Assembly: GCA_020510985.1 (NCBI GenBank) | Contig: CM035843.1 | Coordinates: forward strand, 157,251,922 to 157,315,921 | DNA length: 64,000 bases | Reading direction: 5' to 3' | Source: Pholidichthys leucotaenia | Lineage: Eukaryota | Part shown: positions 1 to 8,760 of the stretch, piece by piece | Position numbering within the stretch: position 1 is the first letter of the stretch | Layout: the number at the start of each line of letters is the position of its first letter | Position numbers and translations under genes: made by a program | The notes under the pieces: model-generated | Told to the model about the DNA's origin: nothing | The model's database searches: none | What the model saw: only the letters and a program-made list of their open reading frames with translations

Positions 1-1050
1 ATCAGGATTTGTCCTTCAATTCATATATTAAATTTGTTTCTAAGACTGCCTTCTATCATTTGCGTAATATTGCCAAGATTAGGAGCATCTTGTCTCAGAG
101 TGATGCTGAGAAGCTGATCCACGCTTTTGTTAGCTCGAGATTAGATTATTGTAATTCTTTATTATCAGGCTGTCCTAAAACATCTTTAAAAAGTCTTCAG
201 CTGATCCAAAATGCTGCAGCAAGAGTTTTAACAGGTACTAGAAAGAGAGATCATATCTCTCCGGTTCTGGCCTCCCTTCATTGGCTTCCCATAGAGTTTA
301 GAATTAAGTTTAAAATCCTTCTTCTCACTTACAAAGCTCTAAACAATCAGGCTCCTTTTTATTTAAAAGATCTGATACTACCGTATTATCCTAACAGAGC
401 ACTACGCTCTCAAAATGCAGGATTACTTGTAATACCTAGAATCTCCAAAAGTACAATGGGAGGCAGAGCCTTCAGTTATCAAGCTCCTCTCCTGTGGAAT
501 CAGCTGCCAATCTGGATTCGGGAGTCAGACTCGATCTCTGTTTTTAAGAATAGGGCTAAAACCTACCTTTTTGATCTAGCCTACAATTAGGGAGGGATCA
601 TGTGTTTCTGAACCCTCCCTTAGTTATGCTGCTAATAGGTTTAGTCAGCCGGGGGACCTCCAGTAATGCACTGGGCCTCACTCCTTTCCTCACTCTCTAT
701 GAAATATTTTTTTTTGCTGGTCATTAACATTTGTTTGTTCTCTCCCATAGATTGAGTCCCCATCGTGCTGTTTGCTCTCTACATGTCTGTTCTTTTCTTC
801 TTCTCTATCCCCTCACCCCCCAGCCAGTCGCAGCAGATGACTGCCCCTCCCTGAGCCTGGTTCTGCTGGAGGTTTCTTCCTGTTAAAAGGGAGTTTTTCC
901 TCTCCACCGTCGCCAAGTGCTTGCTCACAGGGGATCGCCTGATTGCTGGGGTCTTTCTGCAACTGTGGGGGTCCCCCCTACAGTTGATAGTGCTATGAGA
1001 TGACTGTTGTTGTGAAATGGCGCTATATAAATAAAGTTGAATATAAATAA
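1..1050 (+). mobile_element. LINE (L2/CR1-clade non-LTR retrotransposon), 3' portion: ORF2 C-terminus plus 3' UTR ending in an A/T-rich (AAATAAA)n tail; same family as the inverted copy at 50690-52545
   Basis: The ORF at 9-590 encodes the C-terminal part of a LINE ORF2. Positions 600-1020 are the reverse complement of 50700-51140, e.g. 'ggagtttttcctctccaccgtcgccaagtgcttgctcacagggg' read against 'cccctgtgagcaagcacttggcgacggtggagaggaaaaactcc'. Confidence 0.75.
9..590 (+). CDS. LINE ORF2 C-terminal fragment (post-RT domain), 5'-truncated by the window edge
   Basis: The 193-aa ORF 'HISPVLASLHWLPIEFRIKFKILLLTYKALNNQAPFYLKDL' is near-identical to the minus-strand ORF at 51148-51783, which is contiguous with an RT (FADD-containing) ORF. 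Confidence 0.7.
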   Translation: MSFNSYIKFVSKTAFYHLRNIAKIRSILSQSDAEKLIHAFVSSRLDYCNSLLSGCPKTSLKSLQLIQNAAARVLTGTRKRDHISPVLASLHWLPIEFRIKFKILLLTYKALNNQAPFYLKDLILPYYPNRALRSQNAGLLVIPRISKSTMGGRAFSYQAPLLWNQLPIWIRESDSISVFKNRAKTYLFDLAYN

Positions 1051-1451
1051 ATAAATAAAGTTGAAAAAGACTTCAAAGTTTGGAGGAAAAAAGTTACAAA
1101 TTTATGAGGAGAAAAAAAATCACAAGTTTCTAAGGAAAAAGTTGAAATTCACAGTGCATCTAGAAAGTCTTCACAGCGCTTCACTTCTTCCACATTTTAT
1201 GTTGCAGCCTTATTCCAAAATGGATTAAATAATTTTTTTTTCCTCAAAATTCTACACACAATACCCCATAATGACAACGTGAAAAAAGTTTTTTAGATTT
1301 TTGCAAATTTATTAAAAATACAAAAACTAAGAAATCACATGTACATAAGTATTCACAGCCTTTGCCATGAAGCTCAAAATTGAGCTCAGGTGCATCCTGT
1401 TTCCACTGATCATCCTTGAGATGTTTCTAACCAAGCAGGAAGTCAAAGGAA

Positions 1452-1979
1452 TTGTCTGTAGACCTCCAGGACAGGATTGTCTCGAGGCACAAATCTGGGG
1501 AAGGGTACAGAAAAATTTGGGCTGCTTTGAAGGTCCCAATGAGCACAGCAGCCTCCATCATCTATAAATGGAAGAAGTTCAGAACCACCAGGACTCTTCC
1601 TAGAGCTGGCCAGCTGTCTAAACTGAGCGATCGGGGAAGAAGGGCCTTAGTCAGGGAGGTGACCAAGAACACGATGGTCATTCTGTCAGGGCTCCAGCGT
1701 TGCTCTGTGGAGAGCAGAGAACCTTCCAGAAGGACAACCATCTCTGCAGTAATCCACCAATCAGGCCTGTATGGTAGAGTGGCCAGATGGAAGTCACTAC
1801 TTAGTAAAAGGCACATGGCAGCCCGCCTGGAGTTTGCCAAAAGGTACCTGAAGGACTCGCAGACCATGAGAAACAAAATTCTCTGGTCTGATGAGACAAA
1901 GATTGAACTGTTTGGCCTGAATGCCAGGCATCATGTTTGGAGGAAACCATCCATCCATACATCATCTTCTTCCACTTAA
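1452..1979 (+). pseudogene. Tc1 transposase N-terminal (paired-like HTH) region, interrupted by SINE insertion
   Basis: '…SRHKSGEGYRKI…KWKKFRTTRTLPRAG…[16 protein letters not shown]' is about 80% identical to the minus-strand transposase ORFs at 4664-5245 and 7386-7967. Confidence 0.8.
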
Positions 1980-2170
1980 TCCTTTTCGGGTCGCGGGGGG
2001 CTGGATCCTATCCCAGCATCTTTGGGCGAGAGGCAGGGTACACCCTGGACAGATCGCCAGTCCATCACAGGGCCAACACAGAGAGACAGACAACCATTCA
2101 CTGTCACAGTCATACCTAAGGACAATTTAGAATCCCCAGTTTGATGCCAATTAACCTAACTTGCATGTTT
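1960..2170 (-). mobile_element. SINE fragment (3' body of the tRNA-derived SINE family whose head is seen at 62110-62345), nested in Tc1 element A
   Basis: Sequence '…atcccagcatctttgggcgagaggcagggtacaccctggacagatcgccagtccatcacagggccaacacagagagacagacaaccattcactg…ccaattaacctaacttgcatgtttttggcatgt' is near-identical to 36400-36640 and is the reverse complement of 11640-11770. Confidence 0.75.
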
Positions 2171-2899
2171 TTGGCATGTAGGCACCGCTCATCACCAGGC
2201 CAATACCATCCCTACAGTGAAGCATGGTGGTGGCAGCATCATGCTGTGAGTATGTTTTTCAGTGGCAGGAACTGGGAGACAAGTCAGGATAGAGGGAAAG
2301 ATGAATGCAGCAATGTACAGAGACATCCTGGATGAAAACCTGCTCCAGAGCGCTCTTGACCTCAGACTGGGGTGATGGTTCATCTTTCAGCAGGACAACA
2401 ACCCTAAGCACACAGCCAAGATATCAAAGGAGTGCCTTCAGGACATCTCTGTGAATGTCCTTGAGTGGCCCAGCCAGAGCCCAGACTTGAATCCAATTGA
2501 ACATCTCTGGAGAGATCTGAAAATGGCTGTGCAATGACACTTCCCATCCAACCTGATGGAGCTTGAGAGGAGCTGCAAAGAGGGATGGGCCAAGCTGCCC
2601 AAAGATAGGTGTGCCAAGCTTGTGGCATCATATTCAAAAAGACTTGAGACTGTAATTGCTGCCAAAAGTGCATCAACAAAGTACTGAGCAAAAGCTGTGA
2701 ATGCTTATGTACATGTGATTTCTTAGTTTTTTATTTTTAATAAATTTGCAAATATCTCAAAACTTTTTTCACATTGTCATTATGGGGTATTGTGTGTAGA
2801 ATTTTGAGGAAAGAAATGAATTTAATCCCTTTTGGAATGAGGCTGTAACATAACAAAATTTGAAAAAATGAAGTGTTGTGAAGACTTTCCGGATGCACT

Positions 2900-3130
2900 G
2901 TACTATAAAAAAAGTGACAAATTTGCTGGCGGGGGGAGGGTGTGTGGAGGAGTAGCAGATTTGTGTTGGAAAAAGACATAAATTTGTGTGAAAAAAAAAT
3001 TACAAATTTCTAAGAAAGAAGTTGAAAATGCATAAGAAAAAGTAGCAAATCTACCAAAAAAGTCACAGATGTACCAGGAAAAAAGTGAGTTCATGGAAAA
3101 AAAAATATAAAAAAAATCAAACGTGTCCAT
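2900..3130 (+). repeat. A-rich ~22-bp satellite array (monomer approx 'GAGGAAAAAGTCACAAATTTAT'), forward orientation
   Basis: Visible tandem units 'aaaaagacataaatttgtgtgaaaaaaaaattacaaatttctaagaaagaagttgaaaatgcataagaaaaagtagcaaatctacc'. Same family at 3660-4010, 5640-5830, 6380-6720, 8340-8450, 21120-22200, 24170-24560, 59300-60720 and, in reverse orientation, 25400-25700, 26580-26890, 57300-58420. Confidence 0.85.
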
Positions 3131-3635
3131 GTTGATTCCTCTCCACTTCTGTCCTCCTTTCTAGAGTCTAAAGTTGGACATGGGTGAGAAGGGCGGCATG
3201 GCTGAGTGTTCTGCTTCTTCTTCTGATGAGGACATGGGTTTTGGGCTTTTCGATGATGATGTAATAGCGACTCCAGCCAAGCGGTCTTCAGAGAGTGAGC
3301 GTTCCTTACCTTCACCAGTACCACAGAAACACGCTGAGGCCATCTTCCTCCGCAAAAGACCTCGTGCTGCCTTTTATCATCCTCTTTCCAAACTCAGAGG
3401 ACGCATCGGCCGCCCAACGAGACTTTCTACAAAGAAGAAAGATTTGCTTGACAAATGTGAAGATGACGATATGGAGTCTCTTGTCTTGCTTGGTAAAGAC
3501 GTCCTGCCGGAAGTCTCCCCTAGCTTGGACGACTCTGTAAAGGTCTGTGGAGATCAGCTGAGGAAGATCTGCAGTCTCCGTAGGATCATGGAGAGATGCT
3601 GCAGCACTGTTAGCGATTGGTGGTGTCGCTGCTGA
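3130..3635 (+). CDS. Exon-like ORF, family copy 1: conserved acceptor-like block then a 153-aa ORF starting with the acidic 'SSSDEDMGFGLFDDDV' motif (ribosomal P-stalk tail-like); host gene unknown
   Basis: 'ttgattcctctccacttctgtcctcctttctag|AGTCTAAAGTTGGACATGG…'. ORF at 3174-3635. Identical copy at 5894-6355; divergent paralogs at 8508 and 22385. Confidence 0.45.
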
Positions 3636-3659
3636 ATTTGCAGCTGCTTGATGGCACAG

Positions 3660-4010
3660 GCTAGGGCTGGGGGGGTGGGTAGCAGATTTATGAGGAAAAA
3701 GTGACAAATTTACAAGAAAAAGGAGCTAGATTCATGAGAGAAAAAAGTAGCAGATTTAAGAGGAGAAAGTCACAAATTTCTATGGAAAAAGTTAAAATTT
3801 GCCAAGAAAAAATTGACAATTTACCGGAAAAAAGTACCAGATTTTTGAGGAAAAGTCACAAATTCATGAGGAAAAAGTTACAAATTTTTAAGGAAAAAAT
3901 TAGAAATTTACTCGGGGGGGGTGACAAATTTACCAGGAAAAAACTAATTTGAGGCAAAAATTCAAATAGATTCATGAGAGGAAAGTTGCAAATTCAGGAG
4001 TAAAAATTCC
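3660..4010 (+). repeat. ~22-bp satellite array
   Basis: 'gtgacaaatttacaagaaaaaggagctagattcatgagagaaaaaagtagcagatttaagaggagaaagtcacaaatttctatgg…' tandem units. Confidence 0.85.
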
Positions 4011-5625
4011 CAAATGCAGTGCATCCAGAAAGTATTCAGTGCTTCACTTTTCCACATTTTGTTATGTTACAGCCTTATTCCAAAAGGGATTAAATTCATT
4101 TCTTTCCTCAAAATTCTACACACAATACCCCATAATGACAATGTGAAAAAAGTTTTGATTTTTTTCAAATTTATTAAAAATAAAAAAACTAAGAAATCAC
4201 ATGTACATAAGTATTCACAGCCTTTGCTCAGTACTTTGTTGATGCAGCTTCGACAGCAATTACAGCTTCAAGTCTTTTAGAATATGATGCCACAAGTCTG
4301 GCACACCTATCTTTGGGCAGTTTTGCACATTCCTCTTTGCAGCACCTTTCAAACTCCATCAGGTTGGATGGGAAGCGTCGGTGCACAGCCATCTTCAGAT
4401 CTCTCCAGAGATGTTCAATTGGATTCAAGTCTGGGTCTGGCTGGGCCACTCAAGAACATTCACAGAGTTGTCCTGAAGTCACTCCTTTGATATCTTGGCT
4501 GTGTGCTTAGGGTCGTTGTCCTGCTGAAAGATGAACTGTCGCCCCAGTTGAGGTCCAGAGTGCTCTGGAGCAGGTTTTTATCCAGGATGTCTCTGTACAT
4601 TGCTGCATTCATCTTTCCCTCTATCCTGACTTGTCTCCCAGTTCCTGCCGTTGAAAAACATCCTCATAGCATGATGCCGCCACCACCATTGGCCTGGTAA
4701 TGAGCGGTGCCTGGTTTCCTCCAAACATGACGCCTGGCATTCATGCCAAAGAGTTCAATCGTTGTCTCATCAGACCAGAGAATTTTGTTTCTCATGGTCT
4801 GAGAGTCCTTCAGGTGCCTTTTGACAAATTCTAGATGGGCTGCTATGTGCATTTTACTAAGTAGTGACTTGCATCTGGCCACTCTACCATACAGGCCTGA
4901 TTGGTGGATTGCTGCAGAGATGGTTGTCCTTCTGGAAGGTTCTCCTCTGTCCACAGAGGAATGCTGGAGCTCTGACAGAGTGACCATCGGGTTCTTGGTC
5001 AGCTCCCTGACTAAGGTCCTTCTCCCCCGATCGATCAGTTTAGACAGCCGGCCAGCTCTAGGAAGAGTCCTGGTGGTTCTGAACTTCTTCCATTTATGGA
5101 TGATGGAGGCCACTGTGCTCATTGGGACCTTCAAAGCAGCAGAAATTTTTCTGTACCCTTCCCCAGATTTGTGCCTCGAGACAACCCTGTCCTGGAGGTT
5201 GACAGACAGTTCCTTTGACTTCATGCTTGCTTTGTGTTCTGACATGCACTGTCAACTCTGGGACCTTGTATAGACAGGTGTGTACCTTTCCAAATCATGT
5301 CCAATCAACTGAATTTACCACAGGTGGACTCCAATTAAGCTGTAGAAACATCTCAAGGATGATCAGTGGAAACAGGATGCACCTGAGCTCAGTTTTGAGC
5401 TTCATGGCAAAGGCTGTGAATACTTATGTACATGTGATTTCTTAGTTTTTTATTTTTAATAAATTTGCAAATATCTCAAAACTTTTTTCACATTGTCATT
5501 ATGGGGTATTGTGTGTAGAATTTTGAGGAAAGAAATGAATTTAATCCCTTTTGGAATGAGGCTGTAACATAACAAAATTTGAAAAAATGAAGTGTTGTGA
5601 AGACTTTCCGGATGCACTGTACTAT
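4010..5625 (-). mobile_element. Tc1/mariner element (family 1), minus orientation, full-length with both TIRs; transposase about 1018 nt but split by frameshift(s)
   Basis: TIRs at 4010-4230 and 5400-5625 ('cagtgcatccagaaagtattcagtgcttcac' … 'gtgaagactttccggatgcactgtac'). ORFs 4664-5245 (N-terminal 193 aa) and 4228-4449 (C-terminal '[15 protein letters not shown]…'). Confidence 0.85.
4664..5245 (-). pseudogene. Tc1 transposase N-terminal and central region (193 aa); C-terminal DDE part continues in another frame at 4228-4449
   Basis: 'MSEHKASMKSKELSVNLQDRVVSRHKSGEGYRKISAALKVPMSTVASIIHKWKKFRTTRTLPRAG…KILWSDETTIELFGMNARRHVWRKPG'. There is a frame break between 4449 and 4664. Confidence 0.8.
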
Positions 5626-5639
5626 AAAAAAAGTGACAA

Positions 5640-5830
5640 ATTTGCTGGCGGGGGGAGGGGTGTGTGGAGGAGTAGCAGATTTGTGTTGGAAAAAGACACA
5701 AAATTGTGTGAAAAAAAATTTACAAATTTCTAAGAAAGAAGTTGAAAATGCATAAGAAAAAGTAGCAAATCTACCAAAAAAGTCACAGATGTACCAGGAA
5801 AAAAGTGAGTTCATGGAAAAAAAAAAATAA
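5640..5830 (+). repeat. ~22-bp satellite array (duplicate of 2900-3130)
   Basis: Identical to 2920-3110. Confidence 0.85.
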
Positions 5831-5849
5831 AAAAAATCAAACGTGTCCA

Positions 5850-6355
5850 TGTTGATTCCTCTCCACTTCTGTCCTCCTTTCTAGAGTCTAAAGTTGGACA
5901 TGGGTGAGAAGGGCGGCATGGCTGAGTGTTCTGCTTCTTCTTCTGATGAGGACATGGGTTTTGGGCTTTTCGATGATGATGTAATAGCGACTCCAGCCAA
6001 GCGGTCTTCAGAGAGTGAGCGTTCCTTACCTTCACCAGTACCACAGAAACACGCTGAGGCCATCTTCCTCCGCAAAAGACCTCGTGCTGCCTTTTATCAT
6101 CCTCTTTCCAAACTCAGAGGACGCATCGGCCGCCCAACGAGACTTTCTACAAAGAAGAAAGATTTGCTTGACAAATGTGAAGATGACGATATGGAGTCTC
6201 TTGTCTTGCTTGGTAAAGACGTCCTGCCGGAAGTCTCCCCTAGCTTGGACGACTCTGTAAAGGTCTGTGGAGATCAGCTGAGGAAGATCTGCAGTCTCCG
6301 TAGGATCATGGAGAGATGCTGCAGCACTGTTAGCGATTGGTGGTGTCGCTGCTGA
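5850..6355 (+). CDS. Exon-like ORF, family copy 2 (identical to copy 1)
   Basis: ORF at 5894-6355 has the same 153 aa as 3174-3635, with the same upstream polypyrimidine-CTAG block. Confidence 0.45.
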
Positions 6356-6379
6356 ATTTGCAGCTGCTTGATGGCACAG

Positions 6380-6720
6380 GCTAGGGCTGGGGGGGTGGGT
6401 AGCAGATTTATGAGGAAAAAGTGACAAATTTACAAGAAAAAGGAGCTAGATTCATGAGAGAAAAAAGTAGCAGATTTAAGAGGAGAAAGTCACAAATTTC
6501 TATGGAAAAAGTTAAAATTTGCCAAGAAAAAATTGACAATTTACCGGAAAAAAGTACCAGATTTTTGAGGAAAAGTCACAAATTCATGAGGAAAAAGTTA
6601 CAAATTTTTAAGGAAAAAATTAGAAATTTACTCGGGGGGGTGACAAATTTACCAGGAAAAAACTAATTTGAGGCAAAAATTCAGATAGATTCATGAGAGG
6701 AAAAGTTGCAAATTCAGGAG
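6380..6720 (+). repeat. ~22-bp satellite array (duplicate of 3660-4010)
   Basis: Near-identical sequence. Confidence 0.85.
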
Positions 6721-6731
6721 TAAAAATTCCC

Positions 6732-8340
6732 AAATGCAGTGCATCCAGAAAGTATTCAGTGCTTCACTTTTCCACATTTTGTTATGTTACAGCCTTATTC
6801 CAAAAGGGATTAAATTCATTTCTTTCCTCAAAATTCTACACACAATACCCCATAATGACAATGTGAAAAAAGTTTTGATTTTTTTTTCACATTTATTAAA
6901 AATAAAAAAACTAAGAAATCACATGTACATAAGTATTCACAGCCTTTGCTCAGTACTTTGTTGATGCAGCTTCGACAGCAATTACAGCTTCAGGTCTTTT
7001 AGAATATGATGCCACAAGTCTGGCACACCTATCTTTGGGCAGTTTTGCACATTCCTCTTTGCAGCACCTTTCAAACTCCATCAGGTTGGATGGGAAGCGT
7101 CGGTGCACAGCCATCTTCAGATCTCTCCAGAGATGTTCAATTGGATTCAAGTCTGGGTCTGGCTGGGCCACTCAAGAACATTCACAGAGTTGTCCTGAAG
7201 TCACTCCTTTGATATCTTGGCTGTGTGCTTAGGGTCGTTGTCCTGCTGAAAGATGAACTGTCACCCCAGTTGAGGTCCAGAGTGCTCTGGAGCAGGTTTT
7301 TATCCAGGATGTCTCTGTACATTGCTGCATTCATCTTTCCCTCTATCCTGACTTGTCTCCCAGTTCCTGCCGTTGAAAAACATCCTCATAGCATGATGCC
7401 GCCACCACCATTGGCCTGGTAATGAGCGGTGCCTGGTTTCCTCCAAACATGATGCCTGGCATTCATGCCAAAGAGTTCAATCGTTGTCTCATCAGACCAG
7501 AGAATTTTGTTTCTCATGGTCTGAGAGTCCTTCAGGTGCCTTTTGACAAATTCTAGATGGGCTGCTATGTGCATTTTACTAAGTAGTGACTTGCATCTGG
7601 CCACTCTACCATACAGGCCTGATTGGTGGATTGCTGCAGAGATGGTTGTCCTTCTGGAAGGTTCTCCTCTGTCCACAGAGGAATGCTGGAGCTCTGACAG
7701 AGTGACCATCGGGTTCTTGGTCAGCTCCCTGACTAAGGTCCTTCTCCCCCGATCGATCAGTTTAGACAGCCGGCCAGCTCTAGGAAGAGTCCTGGTGGTT
7801 CTGAACTTCTTCCATTTATGGATGATGGAGGCCACTGTGCTCATTGGGACCTTCAAAGCAGCAGAAATTTTTCTGTACCCTTCCCCAGATTTGTGCCTCG
7901 AGACAACCCTGTCCTGGAGGTTGACAGACAGTTCCTTTGACTTCATGCTTGCTTTGTGTTCTGACATGCACTGTCAACTCTGGGACCTTGTATAGACAGG
8001 TGTGTACCTTTCCAAATCATGTCCAATCAACTGAATTTACCACAGGTGGACTCCAATTAAGCTGTAGAAACATCTCAAGGATGATCAGTGGAAACAGGAT
8101 GCACCTGAGCTCAGTTTTGAGCTTCATGGCAAAGGCTGTGAATACTTATGTGCATGTAATTTCTTAGTTTTTTACTTTTAATAAATTTACAAAAATCTCA
8201 AAAAAAAAACTTTTCCTGGCATCATTATGGGGTATTGTGTGTAGAAGTTTGAGGAAAGAAATGAATTTATTCTATTTTGGAATAAGGCTGTAACATAACA
8301 AAATGTGGAAAAAGTGAAGGGCTGTGAATAGTTTCTAGAT
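6732..8340 (-). mobile_element. Tc1/mariner element (family 1), minus orientation; duplicate of 4010-5625 with a more diverged outer TIR
   Basis: ORF at 7386-7967 is identical to 4664-5245 except R to H. TIR at about 8100-8330 is diverged. Confidence 0.85.
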
Positions 8341-8450
8341 ACACTGTATATGGAAGGAAAAGACAAATTAATGGGGGGAAAAATTCAAATTTACAAGAAA
8401 AATCATTGCAAATTTATGAGAAAATGTAAGTTTATAAAAAAAAAATCCAA
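8340..8450 (+). repeat. ~22-bp satellite (short array)
   Basis: 'ggaaggaaaagacaaattaatggggggaaaaattcaaatttacaagaaaaatcattgcaaatttatgagaaaatg'. Confidence 0.7.
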
Positions 8451-8454
8451 GTGT

Positions 8455-8760
8455 CCATGGTGATTCCTCTCCACTTCTGTCCTCCTTTCTAGAGTCAAAA
8501 ATTTGACATGATTCAGAAGCGCCACGTGGCTGAGAGTTCTGCTTCTTCTGATGAAGACATGGTCTTTGGATCTCTCAGCGATGATGTAATGGCAATTCCA
8601 GTTGAGCCTTCTTCAGTTAGGGAGCATTTTTCATCTTTTTTTTCCTTTTTTTTATTAATCAAGAAAATTTACATTAAAATCTCAAAAACTCCCATTACAA
8701 GCCAGGCACTCATACAAGCAATGCAAAAACAGTGGCAGCATAAGATAAGGAAAAATAAAT
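8455..8760 (+). CDS. Exon-like ORF, family copy 3 (divergent): 'SSASSDEDMVFGSLSDDVMAIPVEPSSV…' then decays into A/T-rich low complexity
   Basis: Same conserved upstream block 'tggtgattcctctccacttctgtcctcctttctagagtcaaaaatttgacATG'. ORF at 8508-8762. Confidence 0.35.

Larger units (their letters stand above)
1150..2900 (+). mobile_element. Tc1/mariner element (family 1), degenerate, with an SINE fragment inserted at 1960-2170
   Basis: Terminal inverted repeats 'cagtgcatctagaaagtcttcacagcgcttcac...' (about 1150-1330) and 'gtgaagactttccggatgcactgtac' (about 2690-2900). Transposase HTH N-terminus is at 1452-1979. DDE region '[10 protein letters not shown]...[22 protein letters not shown]' (about 2380-2640) carries stops and frameshifts. 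Confidence 0.85.
2700..8140. repeat. Tandem segmental duplication, 2 x about 2.72 kb near-identical units, each = [Tc1 TIR + satellite + exon-like ORF + satellite + Tc1 element]
   Basis: The six-frame track shows identical ORFs offset by 2719-2722 bp (2737 and 5456; 3174 and 5894; 4664 and 7386; 4228 and 6950). Flanking sequence is also identical apart from rare single-base differences (e.g. R to H in the transposase ORF). Confidence 0.9.

Noticed and set aside
2404-2691. Minus-strand ORFs overlapping Tc1 element A (2404-2691, 2438-2665, 1562-1876)
   Set aside because: These are antisense frames of transposase sequence. The same antisense ORFs recur in every Tc1 copy (e.g. 4284-4490, 4821-5273).
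3130-3170. '…tttCTAG' as a Helitron 3' terminus
   Set aside because: There is no upstream GC-rich hairpin and no 5' TC start. The block instead behaves like a polypyrimidine tract plus AG acceptor, with downstream frame conservation.
3701-3952. Lys/Arg-rich ORFs inside satellite arrays (3701-3952, 6421-6666, 24244-24534, 57354-57626, 60522-60785)
   Set aside because: Low-complexity A-rich 22-bp repeats trivially avoid stop codons. There is no start or splice context and no conservation beyond repeat identity.
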